Shown piece by piece: positions 1 to 11,528 of a stretch of 64,000 bases of DNA. The notes under the pieces are model-generated. The model was given only the letters and a program-made list of their open reading frames with translations. It was not told the DNA's origin and did not search any database. Source of the DNA: Eledone cirrhosa (taxonomy: Eukaryota); NCBI GenBank assembly GCA_964016885.1, contig OZ024741.1, positions 71,982,001 through 72,046,000 of the forward strand, read 5' to 3'. The translations under genes were made by a program, and so were the position numbers. Positions within the stretch are counted from its first letter, which is position 1. Every line of letters begins with the position of its first letter.

Positions 1-2232
1 GACTTGTCTAGGAAAGTAGTAACTACAGTAACTCAGGCTGTGATGACCCATCTAACCCATGCCAACATGTAAAGCAGATGTAAAATGATGATGACAATGT
101 TCATCATCACCATTGTTTTATGTTTGTTTTTCCATGCTTGCAGGGGTTGAATGGGATTTTTCCAGCACAGCATTCCTCCACTCATTGTGGTCCTCTATTC
201 ATCTTTGTAAGCTTCAGTGATTTGAGATCAGCTCTCACAACCTCTGTTCAAATCTTTGGTCTCCCTCTACTGTAGCTTCCTTCCACTAGGATTTGTTAAT
301 ACTTTTTCACCTAACAATCATCATCCATACACATCATATGTCGACACCATCGTCACACTACACCTGATTCCTCTTATACGCAGCTTTTCTCTTGATGGAT
401 ATGTTAAAATAGTTATGGGTAATTTTTTTTTCTGTTAGGTCAGTTCCTGGATCATGAGACTGTTGAGTGAGAGGAAGATATCTTCAAACCTGGCCTGAAT
501 ACTTGTAATATAATGGAGTTTGCTGAGAGATCCCAAGAGCCAGGTGTTGGTGGTGGAGTTAAGCCATGTGACAGAATGTCTAACATACATATGGGCCATA
601 GATGGATTTGATCCCAGAATGCTTTGAACTAGGACCAATACTGCAAGGCATCTCATTTGACATTTTAATAATTCTGCCAATCCACTATTCTATGTTGGTA
701 CTTTATTTTATCATCCCTGAAAAGATGAAAGGCAAAAGTCGACCTCAGTGTTATTTGAACTCAGAACACACAGAGCCACAACAAATACCGCAAGGCATTT
801 TGTCTCACACTAACAACTGCTAATTCACTGCCCCATGTTAAAATGATTAAACTTAGTTATGTGGTTAAGACATTTACTTTGTGACCACATGGTTCCATGT
901 CAAATCCCACTGTGTAAAACATTCAGGAAGTGACTTCTGCTATAGCCCTGTGTCGACCATTATCGTATGAGTGAAATATGGTAGATAGGAACCATGCAGA
1001 AGCCCTTTGTGTGTATATATATATACACACACACACACACATTATATATATATATATATATAACTGAAAAGTGTGTGATGTGTGTTTAGAAAGCGCTACA
1101 AAGTAAGTAGGTTAGATTACCAAGTTGGAAGGGAATTGAGAAAGTAGAAAGTAAAAGTGGGAGAAGAAGGAAAAATAAAAGAAAAAGAAATGGAAGAATG
1201 ACTGAAAGTTACTATAGCAATTTATTATTCCCAAAATTTTTCAGATAAACTATCCATTATATATATATATATTATACATACAGGATGGGTCATATTTAGC
1301 TTACGAGCTTATTTATTCCAAGACAATTCATGTAAGGTTATAGTTACATTAAATGTTCAAAGTGTTGCCTATTTGAAGCATGCCACTATTTTGTTTCTCT
1401 AATAACCAGTAACCTAATTATAGCCCACTCTGAATATATATATATATATAGTGGAATAATCCACTATTATTTTTGGTAAGTGCATTAAGCTCGATGCGTT
1501 ATTAAAGTCGATAGCATGCAGGGATCCAAGTGAAAGGTGTACTACAAAGGGTTAAGATACTTAAGACAGTGAAAGCCACAGAGCATAAATAATTAATAGA
1601 AAATGAAAACCAAAGTTGTTATTCAAATTACATCTTTAATTTCAACAATTGTTTCTATGGAGATAAATGTAATGGCAGTACATAGGATCAATCAATTAAT
1701 CAGTCAAACAACTATAATTCGGTGTGAATAAAATATTTAGATGAATTTAAGCAGTGCATTTAATGCTGATGTTTACACATAATTTAAAATATTACAATTC
1801 TAAATATTCACTGTTATTTCAAATCAGTACAACTTTATAGAAATATGCTTCTCTACCCTACACACACATCATCATCATTGTTTTTATGTCTGCTTTTCCA
1901 CTCGTGCATATATATAACAAGGGGAAAAGTTCAGGTGTAGAAAGCAATTTGAAAATGTAAGACATGGATGTTTTTTTCTTCCTGAAACCAATCTTTTTGT
2001 ATATTTTTGTATATTTTATGAAGTCTCTGGAGATACAGAATTGAGTGAAATTAAGGGTTAAAGGCAAACACCTCGAGTCAAGGATCAGATTGTAATACAT
2101 AGCTACATCTCTATATTAACAATGGAGCTGCAGTGATGTTATTCACCATTTCCCCTTTTCATATCTTTATTGTTGAACACACATAAGAACATGTAAGACA
2201 AATTATTTTATTCATCTAGGTTTTCTATCCAT

Positions 2233-2411
2233 GGATTGGCAGTATCGGTAGAGGTTCTGACGCCATGCTTTGCAGCAAAGAGTTACGGCCCTTTATGGTT
2301 TGAGTTCAAATCCCGCCGAGGTTAACTTTACCTTTCATCCTTACGGGCGTGATAAAATAAAGTACCAGTAATGTACTGGGTAATTGTTGACCTTGTGCCA
2401 AAAATAGAAAC

Positions 2412-2417
<6 letters not shown>
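2233..2417 (+). mobile_element. tRNA-derived SINE family A (other copies ~663-832 -, 5352-5503, 19965-20105 -, 24545-24664, 24674-24860, 49505-49698, 50237-50421, 50441-50600, 58832-58926 -)
   Basis: A-box-like tggcagtatcggtag, B-box gagttcaaatcc, shared body gaggttaactttgcctttcatccttacggggtcgataaaataaagtaccag. Confidence 0.85.
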
Positions 2418-2448
<31 letters not shown>

Positions 2449-2451
<3 letters not shown>

Positions 2452-5272
2452 TCATCATCATCAACGTTTAACGTCCGTGTTCCACGCTTGCATGGGTTTG
2501 GACGGGGGTAGTCCCACTTGAGGCAAGAGTGATTGTCTTGCTCGCATAGGACTGTCTGGCAGGTTTTCTACAGTTGGATGCCCTTCCTAACACCAACCAC
2601 ATTTACAGTGTGGGTCTGGGAGGTTTTTACCGTGTTGCCTACACGGCCACATTACAGCGTGGACTGTGTGTTTTTTTGTCGTGGCACCTACACGATCTCA
2701 TTTGTTTCGGCCTGGATGGTGTGGCACCAACACAACTTTACATAGAACGGGGTGGCGTGGATGGGGTGGGGGTGGTGGGGTATTTTGTTAGAGATGCCTA
2801 CTGGCTGTAGTAGGTTTTACTATGTATTTAGGTAAGGCGGGTCTTCTCTGTTACTGAGTACCGCCAAAGGTCTCGGTCCAGTGACATTGTCTTGGAGAGG
2901 TGTAAGTGTGTGAGGTCGGAGTTTATCAGCTCGTTCCAGGTTTTTCTAGGTCTGCCTATTCCGTGGCTACCGTCTATCTTTATTGCCCTGCACTTTGTTA
3001 CACAGCTATCGACTTTCATGCGCATCACGTGTCCATACCAACGTAGCCTTCTCTCGAGTAAACAACATCTGATCCCTCTTATTTCTAATTTTTTCCTTAG
3101 TTCGTTTATGCTTTGCCGTTCACGTATATTACTGTTACACATCCAGCGGAGCATGCAAGCTTCGTTCCTCTCTAGTCTGCGTATATCCTCTGCACACAAT
3201 GCCCAGGTCTCACTGCCATGCAACATTGCTGTTCGTATGCAGGCATCGTACAACCTGCCTTTCATTTTTAGGGAGAACCCTTTAGCAGCTAATAGTGGTA
3301 TAAGCTCTCTGAACTTTTTCCAACCAGTTCTGACTCTAGCTACTGTACTTTCAGAGCACCCTCCCCCACTGCTGATTTTATCACCCAGGTAACGGAAACT
3401 GTCCACTATTTCTATAGAACCCTCTGCGCAATTGAAAGAGCTAGTATTTTGTGGGCACTTGCTGCTACTTATTGCACCAGAGCACCGGCCACATGTAAAA
3501 TCTATGTTCTTAGTTAGCTTACCTGTGATCCCACTACATCTTTTATGCACCCATACTTTGCATTTAGGACATAAAATGGAGTTTCTACCTACGCCTTTCC
3601 TACACACCGAGCACGACCATTTCCCAGAAGGGACCGCCGCCTTATTTTCTTTCCTACAAACTAGAACTTTAGTCTTAGCCAGGTTAATTTTAAGGCCTTT
3701 TGATTCTAGGCCGTGCTTCCATGTTTGGAATTTCTTCTCTAGCTCGGCCATTGATTCCGCTATGAGTGTCAGGTCGTCTGCGTATAGGAGTTCCCATGGG
3801 CAGCCGGTCTTGAACTCCTCTGTTATAGCCTGAAGGGCAATAATAAATAGTAGGGGGCTGAGAACAGAGCCCTGATGGACGCCAACTTTTACGCTAAACT
3901 CTTCACTATATTCGTTGTTAATTCTAACCTTGCTGACTGTTTCTTTATACATGGCTTGTATAGCTCTCACAAGCCATTCGTCAACGCCTAGTTTTCTAAG
4001 AGCCCACCAGATAATGGAGCGGGGGACTCTGTCGAAGGCTTTCTCCAAGTCGACAAAAGCTAAGTAGAGGGGTTTACCTTTAGCTAGGTACTTCTCCTGT
4101 AGTTGTCGTACAATGAAAAGAGCGTCTGTGGTACTTTTGCCTGACACAAACCCGAACTGCATTTCATCTAGGTCAATTCTCTCTCTGATTAGTTGTGCTA
4201 TTACTTTTTCCGTGACCTTCATGACCTGGTCGATTAATTTAATGCCTCTATAGTTACTCCTATCTAGGGCGTCTCCTTTACCCTTATAACAGTTAACGAT
4301 GATGCTGCTATGCCAGTCCTTCGGAACAACCCCATTCTGTACGACTTGGTTAACTATGCGGGTGACCATGGTGTGTCCCACCGTGCCAGATGCCTTCAGC
4401 ATCTCAGCAACTATTTCCGAAGGCCCAGCCGCCTTACCCGTCTTCATATCCTTGATTGCCTTACTTATTATACTCCCCTCGACTAACACTGCTGGTCCCT
4501 CTATTGGGTCGATATGGGGGAGACTGTCTTTCTCCCATTTATTCTCCTCATTTAGTAGCCTTTCATAGTGACACTTCCAAGCTACCTTCTTATCAGCGTC
4601 GGTGATGGCAAGTGTGCCATCGTCGTTTAGTACACACTTCTCCCCGACAATATCACGGTTTTCCTTGACGCATTGCCTAGCAATCCTGAACACCTCACGT
4701 TTTTGGTCATCGCGTTGTAGAACATGCTTGAACTTTCTTTCCTCAGCTTCCCTTCTTGCTAAGTACACTTGTCTCCTAGCTTCCCTCCTGGCCACTTGAT
4801 AGTCTTCTCTACTTCCCCCATCCGGCCATACTTTCCAAGCCTGCTTTTTGGCCTTAATTGACCCCTCCACCTTACTGTTCCACCACCATGTTACTCTCCT
4901 CCTGCCTACAGGCCTGCTCCAGCCACAGACTTCGTCTGTCGCCAACAGCAGGTTTGCTTTCAGAAATTCCCACTCTCCCTCTATATTGTCCGACTCTAAA
5001 TGTTCTTCCTTACTGTCGAAAGCATCAAGTAATATGCTTTGAAATTTATTCCTGGCTGTGGGGTCCTTTAGCTTCCATATTTTTCTCCTGAGGATAGTCC
5101 TCTTCTGCTGTCGAGTACGTCTCGTCCTGACTATGAGGTCGCTAATTATCAGTCTATGTTGGGAGGTGCATTCTTCATGGGGGAGGGATTTAGTGTTTAC
5201 AACAGACACTCTGTCACGTCTTCTGGTAAGGATATAATCTACCTGGCTTGTGTGTTCCCCGGATCTATAGGT
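2449..5272 (-). mobile_element. RTE-clade LINE, 5'-truncated copy 1 (end of APE, RT, 3' UTR, (GAT)n tail)
   Basis: ORF 2828-5209 has RT motifs NYRGIKL, QFGF, FVDLEKAFDRV, GVHQGSVLSP, LYADD, FRYLG and the RTE-type C-terminus RRLRWYGHV..GRPRKTW; ~350-nt 3' UTR ends in (GAT)n next to (TA)n; near-identical to 52117-55477. Confidence 0.95.
2828..5272 (-). CDS. RTE LINE reverse transcriptase polyprotein, N-terminally truncated but uninterrupted
   Basis: Open frame of 793+ aa with YADD; frame continues upstream (SQVDYIL, end of APE domain) to the truncation point at ~5272. Confidence 0.9.
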   Translation of the reverse strand, partial: TYRSGEHTSQVDYILTRRRDRVSVVNTKSLPHEECTSQHRLIISDLIVRTRRTRQQKRTILRRKIWKLKDPTARNKFQSILLDAFDSKEEHLESDNIEGEWEFLKANLLLATDEVCGWSRPVGRRRVTWWWNSKVEGSIKAKKQAWKVWPDGGSREDYQVARREARRQVYLARREAEERKFKHVLQRDDQKREVFRIARQCVKENRDIVGEKCVLNDDGTLAITDADKKVAWKCHYERLLNEENKWEKDSLPHIDPIEGPAVLVEGSIISKAIKDMKTGKAAGPSEIVAEMLKASGTVGHTMVTRIVNQVVQNGVVPKDWHSSIIVNCYKGKGDALDRSNYRGIKLIDQVMKVTEKVIAQLIRERIDLDEMQFGFVSGKSTTDALFIVRQLQEKYLAKGKPLYLAFVDLEKAFDRVPRSIIWWALRKLGVDEWLVRAIQAMYKETVSKVRINNEYSEEFSVKVGVHQGSVLSPLLFIIALQAITEEFKTGCPWELLYADDLTLIAESMAELEKKFQTWKHGLESKGLKINLAKTKVLVCRKENKAAVPSGKWSCSVCRKGVGRNSILCPKCKVWVHKRCSGITGKLTKNIDFTCGRCSGAISSSKCPQNTSSFNCAEGSIEIVDSFRYLGDKISSGGGCSESTVARVRTGWKKFRELIPLLAAKGFSLKMKGRLYDACIRTAMLHGSETWALCAEDIRRLERNEACMLRWMCNSNIRERQSINELRKKLEIRGIRCCLLERRLRWYGHVMRMKVDSCVTKCRAIKIDGSHGIGRPRKTWNELINSDLTHLHLSKTMSLDRDLWRYSVTEKTRLT

Positions 5273-5846
5273 GATATATATATGTCTAACCCATGCTAGC
5301 GTGGAAAATGAATGTTAAACAAAGATGATGATGATATATATATAAAAGGGGGCGATTGGCAGAGGCGTTAAGATGTCGGATAGAATGATCTACGGTATTC
5401 GTCCCACCTCATTGCGCGCTCTGAGTTCAAATCCCGCTGAGGTCAACTTTGCTTTCCATCCTTTTGAGGTCGATAAAAATAGTACCAGTCCAGTACTGGG
5501 ATCTTTATCCTATCCTATCGTGCGTGCATGCGTGTATAAAGTGTGGTAAGTAGCTGAAGTGTATGGTGAAGATATATCCGTATATATACAGAGTGAGTAA
5601 CCACGACTGTGACAATGTGTATATAAATATGCACACTTTTAATTTGTAGATATGTAAATATGCCAGAAAATATAAATTTTCCTGTAAATTGAAAAACTGA
5701 TACACACCATCAATTGATTTTTGTACCTAGATGGGCTCATATATCCATTCGCTCATAGAGGTATGCTGAAATGGATGTACTAGTTTGCATATAATTAGCA
5801 CAGGTGTTAGTAGTTAATTAAGTTATATAGACAGAGTGGGTAACTG

Positions 5847-5877
<31 letters not shown>

Positions 5878-6784
5878 AGTGTGTGTTAAACATGATGATG
5901 CTGATGATATATAGGTTAACATTATCTTGCACCAATATTTTCCCCTGTTTTGCAGACAAAACCCATGTGTAGGAGGAGAATATATGAATTATAGAGATAG
6001 GGATGTTGGAAAGGGGTTAAATAGACCACATAGGGTGGTAGCATTTTGGAGAAAATCACTATAGAGAACTTCCTCTCTTTCCAAACTGGAAGAGAGAGAG
6101 AGAGAGAAACCAAATCAGTGCATGTGTATGTCTATATGTCTATATATATATATATATATAATAATGCACGTGCGTGTGGTTAAAATAAACAAACTCATTC
6201 CAAAGCTGGGTGGAAGCTATGGTGAGAGAGTGCAGCTAATGTTTGAAATGTGTGTGTGTGGTGTCAGCAATAAAGTGTGTACGTATCTTTGTGGCTGCAA
6301 GTGAGCACCTGAATGTGTGTGTGTGTGTATGTAATTGTGTATATAAAAATATATATGTATGCCTCTCTCTCACTCTCTCTGTTTATTTAGTCTGAGTTTG
6401 TATAAACATGAGCCTAAATGAAACTAAATAAATTAAGTTAGGATATTTGTATGCTTAAATTTCCATGAGTGTGTATATAAAGATATTATTAATATAGGGT
6501 TCCTGGACAAATTCCTGTAAGAGTTTTCCAGATAAATTACGTACAGCTGGATTTGTTTCAGCCAACAACAACTCCCTGAGTGGGTCATAGTGTCGAAATT
6601 TAGACTTAAATATGAAACCTGGTTTAAAAGACTTTGCCAGTTGTGGCTATTAAGTTAGACATGGCTGAAACCTATCAATGTTATCCATGGACTCTTAACT
6701 CTTGAGGGGATCCTAGGGGCACTGATGTACAGCATGTCTTGGACATTTTAAACCTGGTGGAGCTCATCCCTCTCCAGGTTTCTT

Positions 6785-6818
<34 letters not shown>

Positions 6819-6837
6819 TCAAGCACAGTATTAGAGT

Positions 6838-6973
6838 TGTAGTAAGACGCCTTATGCCCCCCTGTCGGATAATGGACCAGGCCTAGTTGTCTCCCCCTGG
6901 TTGAGAACACTATTTAAGTAAGCAGCAGTATTACTTTCTCAGACAAGCTACGGAGACAGCAAACAGCTGACGG
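6838..6973 (+). repeat. Truncated 5' LTR
   Basis: Near-identical to 9176-9312, then jumps directly into pol sequence at gacgg. Confidence 0.88.
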
Positions 6974-8852
6974 TACTCGACCCCGGCCTGAGCGAGTTAA
7001 GGTCATAGAGGATTTACCTCCACCGACCTCACTACGTCAGTTACGCCAGTTCTTAGGCCTGATCAATTTTTATAGGCATTTCGTGCCAAATTGTGCAAGA
7101 TTGCTTTTCTCCCTGACGGAAATTAAAAAAAAATTGTCGGAAGAAGAATACAGACATTTCTTTAACCGAAACTCAACTTGCTGATTTTCAGCACGCCAAA
7201 ACTGCTTTGGCTAATGCTTCTTTACTGGCTCACCCGGTACCCGGTGCAAAGCTAATGCTTTGTGTTGATGCATCGGATATCGCTGTGGGCGCAGTGCTAC
7301 AACAACACATCAATGGTTACCAGCAACCGCTGGAGTTTTTTCCCAGAAAAATGAAACCTGCTGAGACGCGCTACAGCACCTTTGGAAGGGAGCTTTTAGC
7401 CATCTATTTAGCCGTGAAACATTTTTCACACATGCTAGAGGGTAGACTATTTACTATCCTCACTGACCATAAACCATTAACTTTTGCGTTGAGAGCGAAG
7501 GCTGATAAATACTCGCCCAGAGAGACGAGGCACCTTGATTTCATCTCGCAATATACGAACGATATCCAACACATTCCAGGTTCACTGAATACAGCGGCCG
7601 ATGCTTTGTCCCGCTTACCCATGACAGCGATCTCGTCACCCTCTGACATAGATCTGACTCGATTGGTTGCGGATCAGCCTCCCCTTGAGTCATTGGATGT
7701 TACATCGTCTGAGTTTGCGAATTGCGAGATGAAATACTTGCCTCTGTCGACTGCAGTTGGCCAAATTCTCTGCAACATCTCTTTGGACATGCCTAGGCCC
7801 TTCGTTCCAGAGAATCATCGTCGGACCGTGTTTCTGGCATTACATAGTTTCTCACATCCAGGATCTGCTGCCACAGTAAAGCTCATATCAGCTAGATTTT
7901 TCTGGCCAAATATGAGGCGTGAAATTGCTGCTTGGTGCCGTTGCTGCGTCGCTGGCCAGAAATCAAAGGTCCATTGACACGTCAAGGCTCCCCTGGGTAC
8001 CTCTACTAACCCAGATGCGCGTTTTTCGCATATTCACATTGATATAGTGGGACCTTGGCCTGTCAGCGACGGTTATTCTTATCTGCTGACTATAGTTGAC
8101 CGTTTTTCGAGATGGCCTGAAGCCATCCCCTTATAAAACATCACCGCTGAGACAACAGCGCGTGCTCTTGTGCCTGGATGGATCTCTCGTTATGGAGTTC
8201 CATCCACAGTAACTACCGACCATGGACGACAGTTCGAGTCGAGCCTTTTCCTCGAACTGTCAAAATCAATTGGTGCTAAACGCATCAGAACTACGGCGTA
8301 CCATCCCGCTTCGAATGGTATGGTGGAGCTTTTTCACTGACAACTGAAGGCCTCCTTAATGGCCTCAATGGACTCGGTGCGTTGGAGCGAGTACCTCCCT
8401 ATTGTGCTATTAGGGATTCGGTCAACGGTGAAGGTCGACTTTGGATTTTCACCGGCTGAAGTACTGTACGGTGCCCCTCTGGCGTTGACGGGCAAATGCT
8501 TGCCCCTATCGATCTTGATGCCCAAGATCACGCTTCCTACGTGTCCCGTTTGCGCTCCTATTTCCAGGATTTGCTGCCAATGGACACTAGGAAACAAACT
8601 GTCAAGACTGCTGTCCCGAAGGATGTTGCCTCGTGGATGCATGTCTTTGTAAGGAAAGATTCTGTGAAGCCCCCGCTCACACAGCCTTACACTGGACCTT
8701 ACCGTGTCTTAGCGCGCTCGGCTAAGCATTTCACTCTAGATATTAAAGGGTCCAGGGAGACAGTTACAATAGACAGGCTTAAGCAGGCACACCTGGACAC
8801 GGACACTGTGGTTCCTGATCCACGAACCCCTTCATATTTGCCTGTTGAGTGA
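6974..8852 (+). pseudogene. Gypsy pol remnant (RNase H and integrase)
   Basis: ORF pieces 7207-7977, 8359-8652 and 8496-8852; in-frame stops near 7975 and 8134; GPY-type motif PYTGPYRV. Confidence 0.9.
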
Positions 8853-9175
8853 ACACCTGTTCCTGAACCACCATCATCGCCTGTCCCTACACCACCACCA
8901 TCGCCACGTTACAAGACCACAACCCGTTCAGGTCGTAGGGTCTACTGGCCCAAAAAATTTTGCAGCACCATCTATATTTAGACTGTGTTAGCTGCACCTT
9001 TTTTTTTTGCCTTTTTTTTTATGCATGCATGTTTTTTAACATTTTTCAAATCCTTATTCTGGATTTAACGATTGGTAGAGCGAATAGCTCCCCCTTGTTG
9101 CATTGTTCACTATCTTACTCCACGTGTGAGTAATAACATCGATTTTCGATGATTTGAAAATCTGGCAGGGGATAC

Positions 9176-9482
9176 TGTAGTAAGACGCCTTACGCCCCCC
9201 CTGTCGGATAATGGACCAGGCCTACTTGTCTCCCTCTGGTTGAGAACACTATTTAAGTAAGCAGCAGTATTACTTTCTCAGACAAGCTACGGAGACAGCA
9301 AACAGCAGACGGCCTTTGTACCACGAAACAGCAGACAGCCATTGGACCTCGAGATCACACAGATGTCAATACACTGAACTCCTATGCCGAAGCCACAAGG
9401 ATAGTGTTGGCCGAGCACTGGCTCATAACTGATTTCACTTTACTGGTCCCGACACATTGGTGACCCAGACGTGGGTGTTACA
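9176..9482 (+). repeat. 3' LTR (right boundary uncertain)
   Basis: Starts TGTAGT after the purine tract; candidate CA ends at 9456 or 9482, each followed by a PBS-like ttggtgaccc. Confidence 0.7.
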
Positions 9483-9867
9483 TTGGTGACCCACGACAAT
9501 TGTAATACATTGCCTTCATTTCAACTGATCATATCTATATTGGTATGTTGTTTCATTTGTAATATAACAAACACATAATAGACAAAATAAACATCATCCT
9601 TATTTACATTGTTGAATAGAACTCTCATTGTGGTTATTATCTTGTCTACACACACACCCACTCACTTGTTATAATTCTATGGAGTACCTCTCACTTACGA
9701 AAATGGTAAATAGACGAGGGACTTTCCCTCACGTCTATATTGATAAACTATCTAACAAGGATTCTTCATTACCATAGAGTGGTACTTTATTGATCTCAAA
9801 AGGTGATTTTAGTGGGATTTGCCTTTCATCAAAGTCATACACACAGACAATCATCATCATTCTGTCC

Positions 9868-9924
<57 letters not shown>

Positions 9925-10220
9925 AACTCACCAAAAATGGGAATGTATGAGTGAGATATGGTCTCCCAAACCATATGAGGGTAGTAACTTTTTGAATAAG
10001 AACTAATATAGACCATAACAAACTGTCCAACCCATGTCAACTATGAAATATTTTCAAAAACTACATATAATTTTCACTTTGGACAAACAAGAAAATAAGA
10101 GAACCACACTAAATGTTGAATTGTTTTTGTAATGATTGGACAAGACATTTTTGAGGTAGAGTTCTATGGCCCAGATGTTTAAAGACTTACTCTCCCTTTC
10201 AATATATATACACACACACA

Positions 10221-10547
10221 GGCCCATGGCTTAGTGGTTAGAGTGTTGAGCTTACAATCGTGAGGTTGTGAGTTCAATTCTCAGACCGGGCTTTACGTTG
10301 TGTTCTTGAGCAAGACACTTTATTTTCACATTGCTCCAGTCACTCAGCTGTAGAAACAAGTTGCAATGTCACTGTATCAGCCTTTGCCTTTCCTTTGGAC
10401 AACATTGGTGGTGTGGAGAGTGGAGACTGGTATGCATGGGTGACTATTGGTCTTCCACAAACAACCTTACCCGGACTTGTGCCTCAAAGGGGAAGTTTCT
10501 AAGTGAAAATCCCATGGTCATTCGTAACCAAAGGGGGTCTTTAACCC
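10221..10547 (+). mobile_element. SINE with family-B head and a different tail
   Basis: Same tRNA-like head and body up to cagctgtagaaa, then an unrelated 3' half. Confidence 0.8.
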
Positions 10548-10565
10548 CTTTTATATACATACATA

Positions 10566-10655
10566 CAGGGTGTCCCCAAAAAATTCATACACACTTTGAT
10601 TACCTGTACAAGCAATATTTATTAGAATGGTGAATACATTTTTGGGACATTTTTG
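10566..10655. mobile_element. Tc1/mariner-type MITE (second copy ~63619-63695)
   Basis: TA-CAGGGTGTCCC... with imperfect inverted end ...gggacatttttg-TA. Confidence 0.62.
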
Positions 10656-10698
10656 TACATATATATCTATCTACATACATACACACACATACATACAT

Positions 10699-10739
<41 letters not shown>

Positions 10740-11191
10740 TAAACAAGACCGTTGTTGCTCTAACCAGTCTATTTACCATCGATAACTACCCTAAATATAC
10801 ACTTCCAGAACACATATATACACTATATACACATAATTAGAACAAACACAAGTAATCATCAAATGTCCTATATGTAAACAATGTACTCAGAAAACAAAGC
10901 CAACAATGAACAAAGCATCCAGTGGACAAGACCGTCAGATTCTAAACTTGTAAAAATTACATTCGTAAAAACTGAGCCAATCATGAACTATGTGCCTATA
11001 TTAGAGTTAAGACATCCCATATAATCCCTACCTCAGTCATCATCCAGATATCCCAACCCCTACACACACACACACACACACATACCACAAAACAAAAGAT
11101 TAATTCTATATTCACACCTAAACTTCACTTTTTAACTATACCCTTTTTGTATAGAACATTACCTCACTTTTTCAACTCTCTCTCTCTATAT

Positions 11192-11528
11192 ATCATCATC
11201 ATCATCGTTAGAGATGCCTACTGGCTGTAGTAGGTTTTACTATGTATTTAGGTAAGGCGGGTCTTCTCTGTTACTGAGTACCGCCAAAGGTCTCGGTCCA
11301 GTGACATTGTCTTGGAGAGGTGTAAGTGTGTGAGGTCGGAGTTTACCAGCTTGTCCCAGGTTTTTCTAGGTCTGCCTATTCCGTGGCTACCGTCTATCTT
11401 TATTGCCCTGCACTTTGTTATACAGCTATCGACTTTCATGTGCATCACGTGTCCATACCAACGTAGCCTTCTCTCGAGTAAACAACATCTGATCCCTCTT
11501 ATTTCTAATTTTTTCCTTAGTTCGTTTA
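11192..11528 (-). mobile_element. Short 3' fragment of the same RTE family, lacking the long 3' UTR
   Basis: Encodes INELRKKLEIRG..KTRLT*; (GAT)n tail follows directly after ...ggcatctctaac. Confidence 0.9.

Larger units (their letters stand above)
6838..9498 (+). mobile_element. Ty3/Gypsy LTR retrotransposon, internally deleted and degenerate
   Basis: TG-starting direct repeats at 6838 and 9176; internal RT-connection (LRQFLGLINFY), RNase H (VDASD, RELLAIY, LTDHKPL, ADALSR) and integrase (H..HPG..C..C, HIDIVGP, TDHGRQFES, GMVE) in Gypsy order, with stops and frameshifts; purine-rich tract ggcagggga before the 3' LTR. Confidence 0.92.

Noticed and set aside
2892-5091. Plus-strand ORFs overlapping the RTE ORF (and equivalents at 52540-55514)
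   Set aside because: Antisense shadows of the LINE coding sequence; repeated only because the LINE is repeated.
10221-10290. tRNA gene
   Set aside because: A and B boxes are present but the sequence continues into a repeated SINE body; no clean cloverleaf or terminator.
10855-10950. GIY-YIG-like remnant (IKCPICKQ..KTK.TM)
   Set aside because: Too degenerate; the YIG motif is absent, so it cannot be supported without a profile search.
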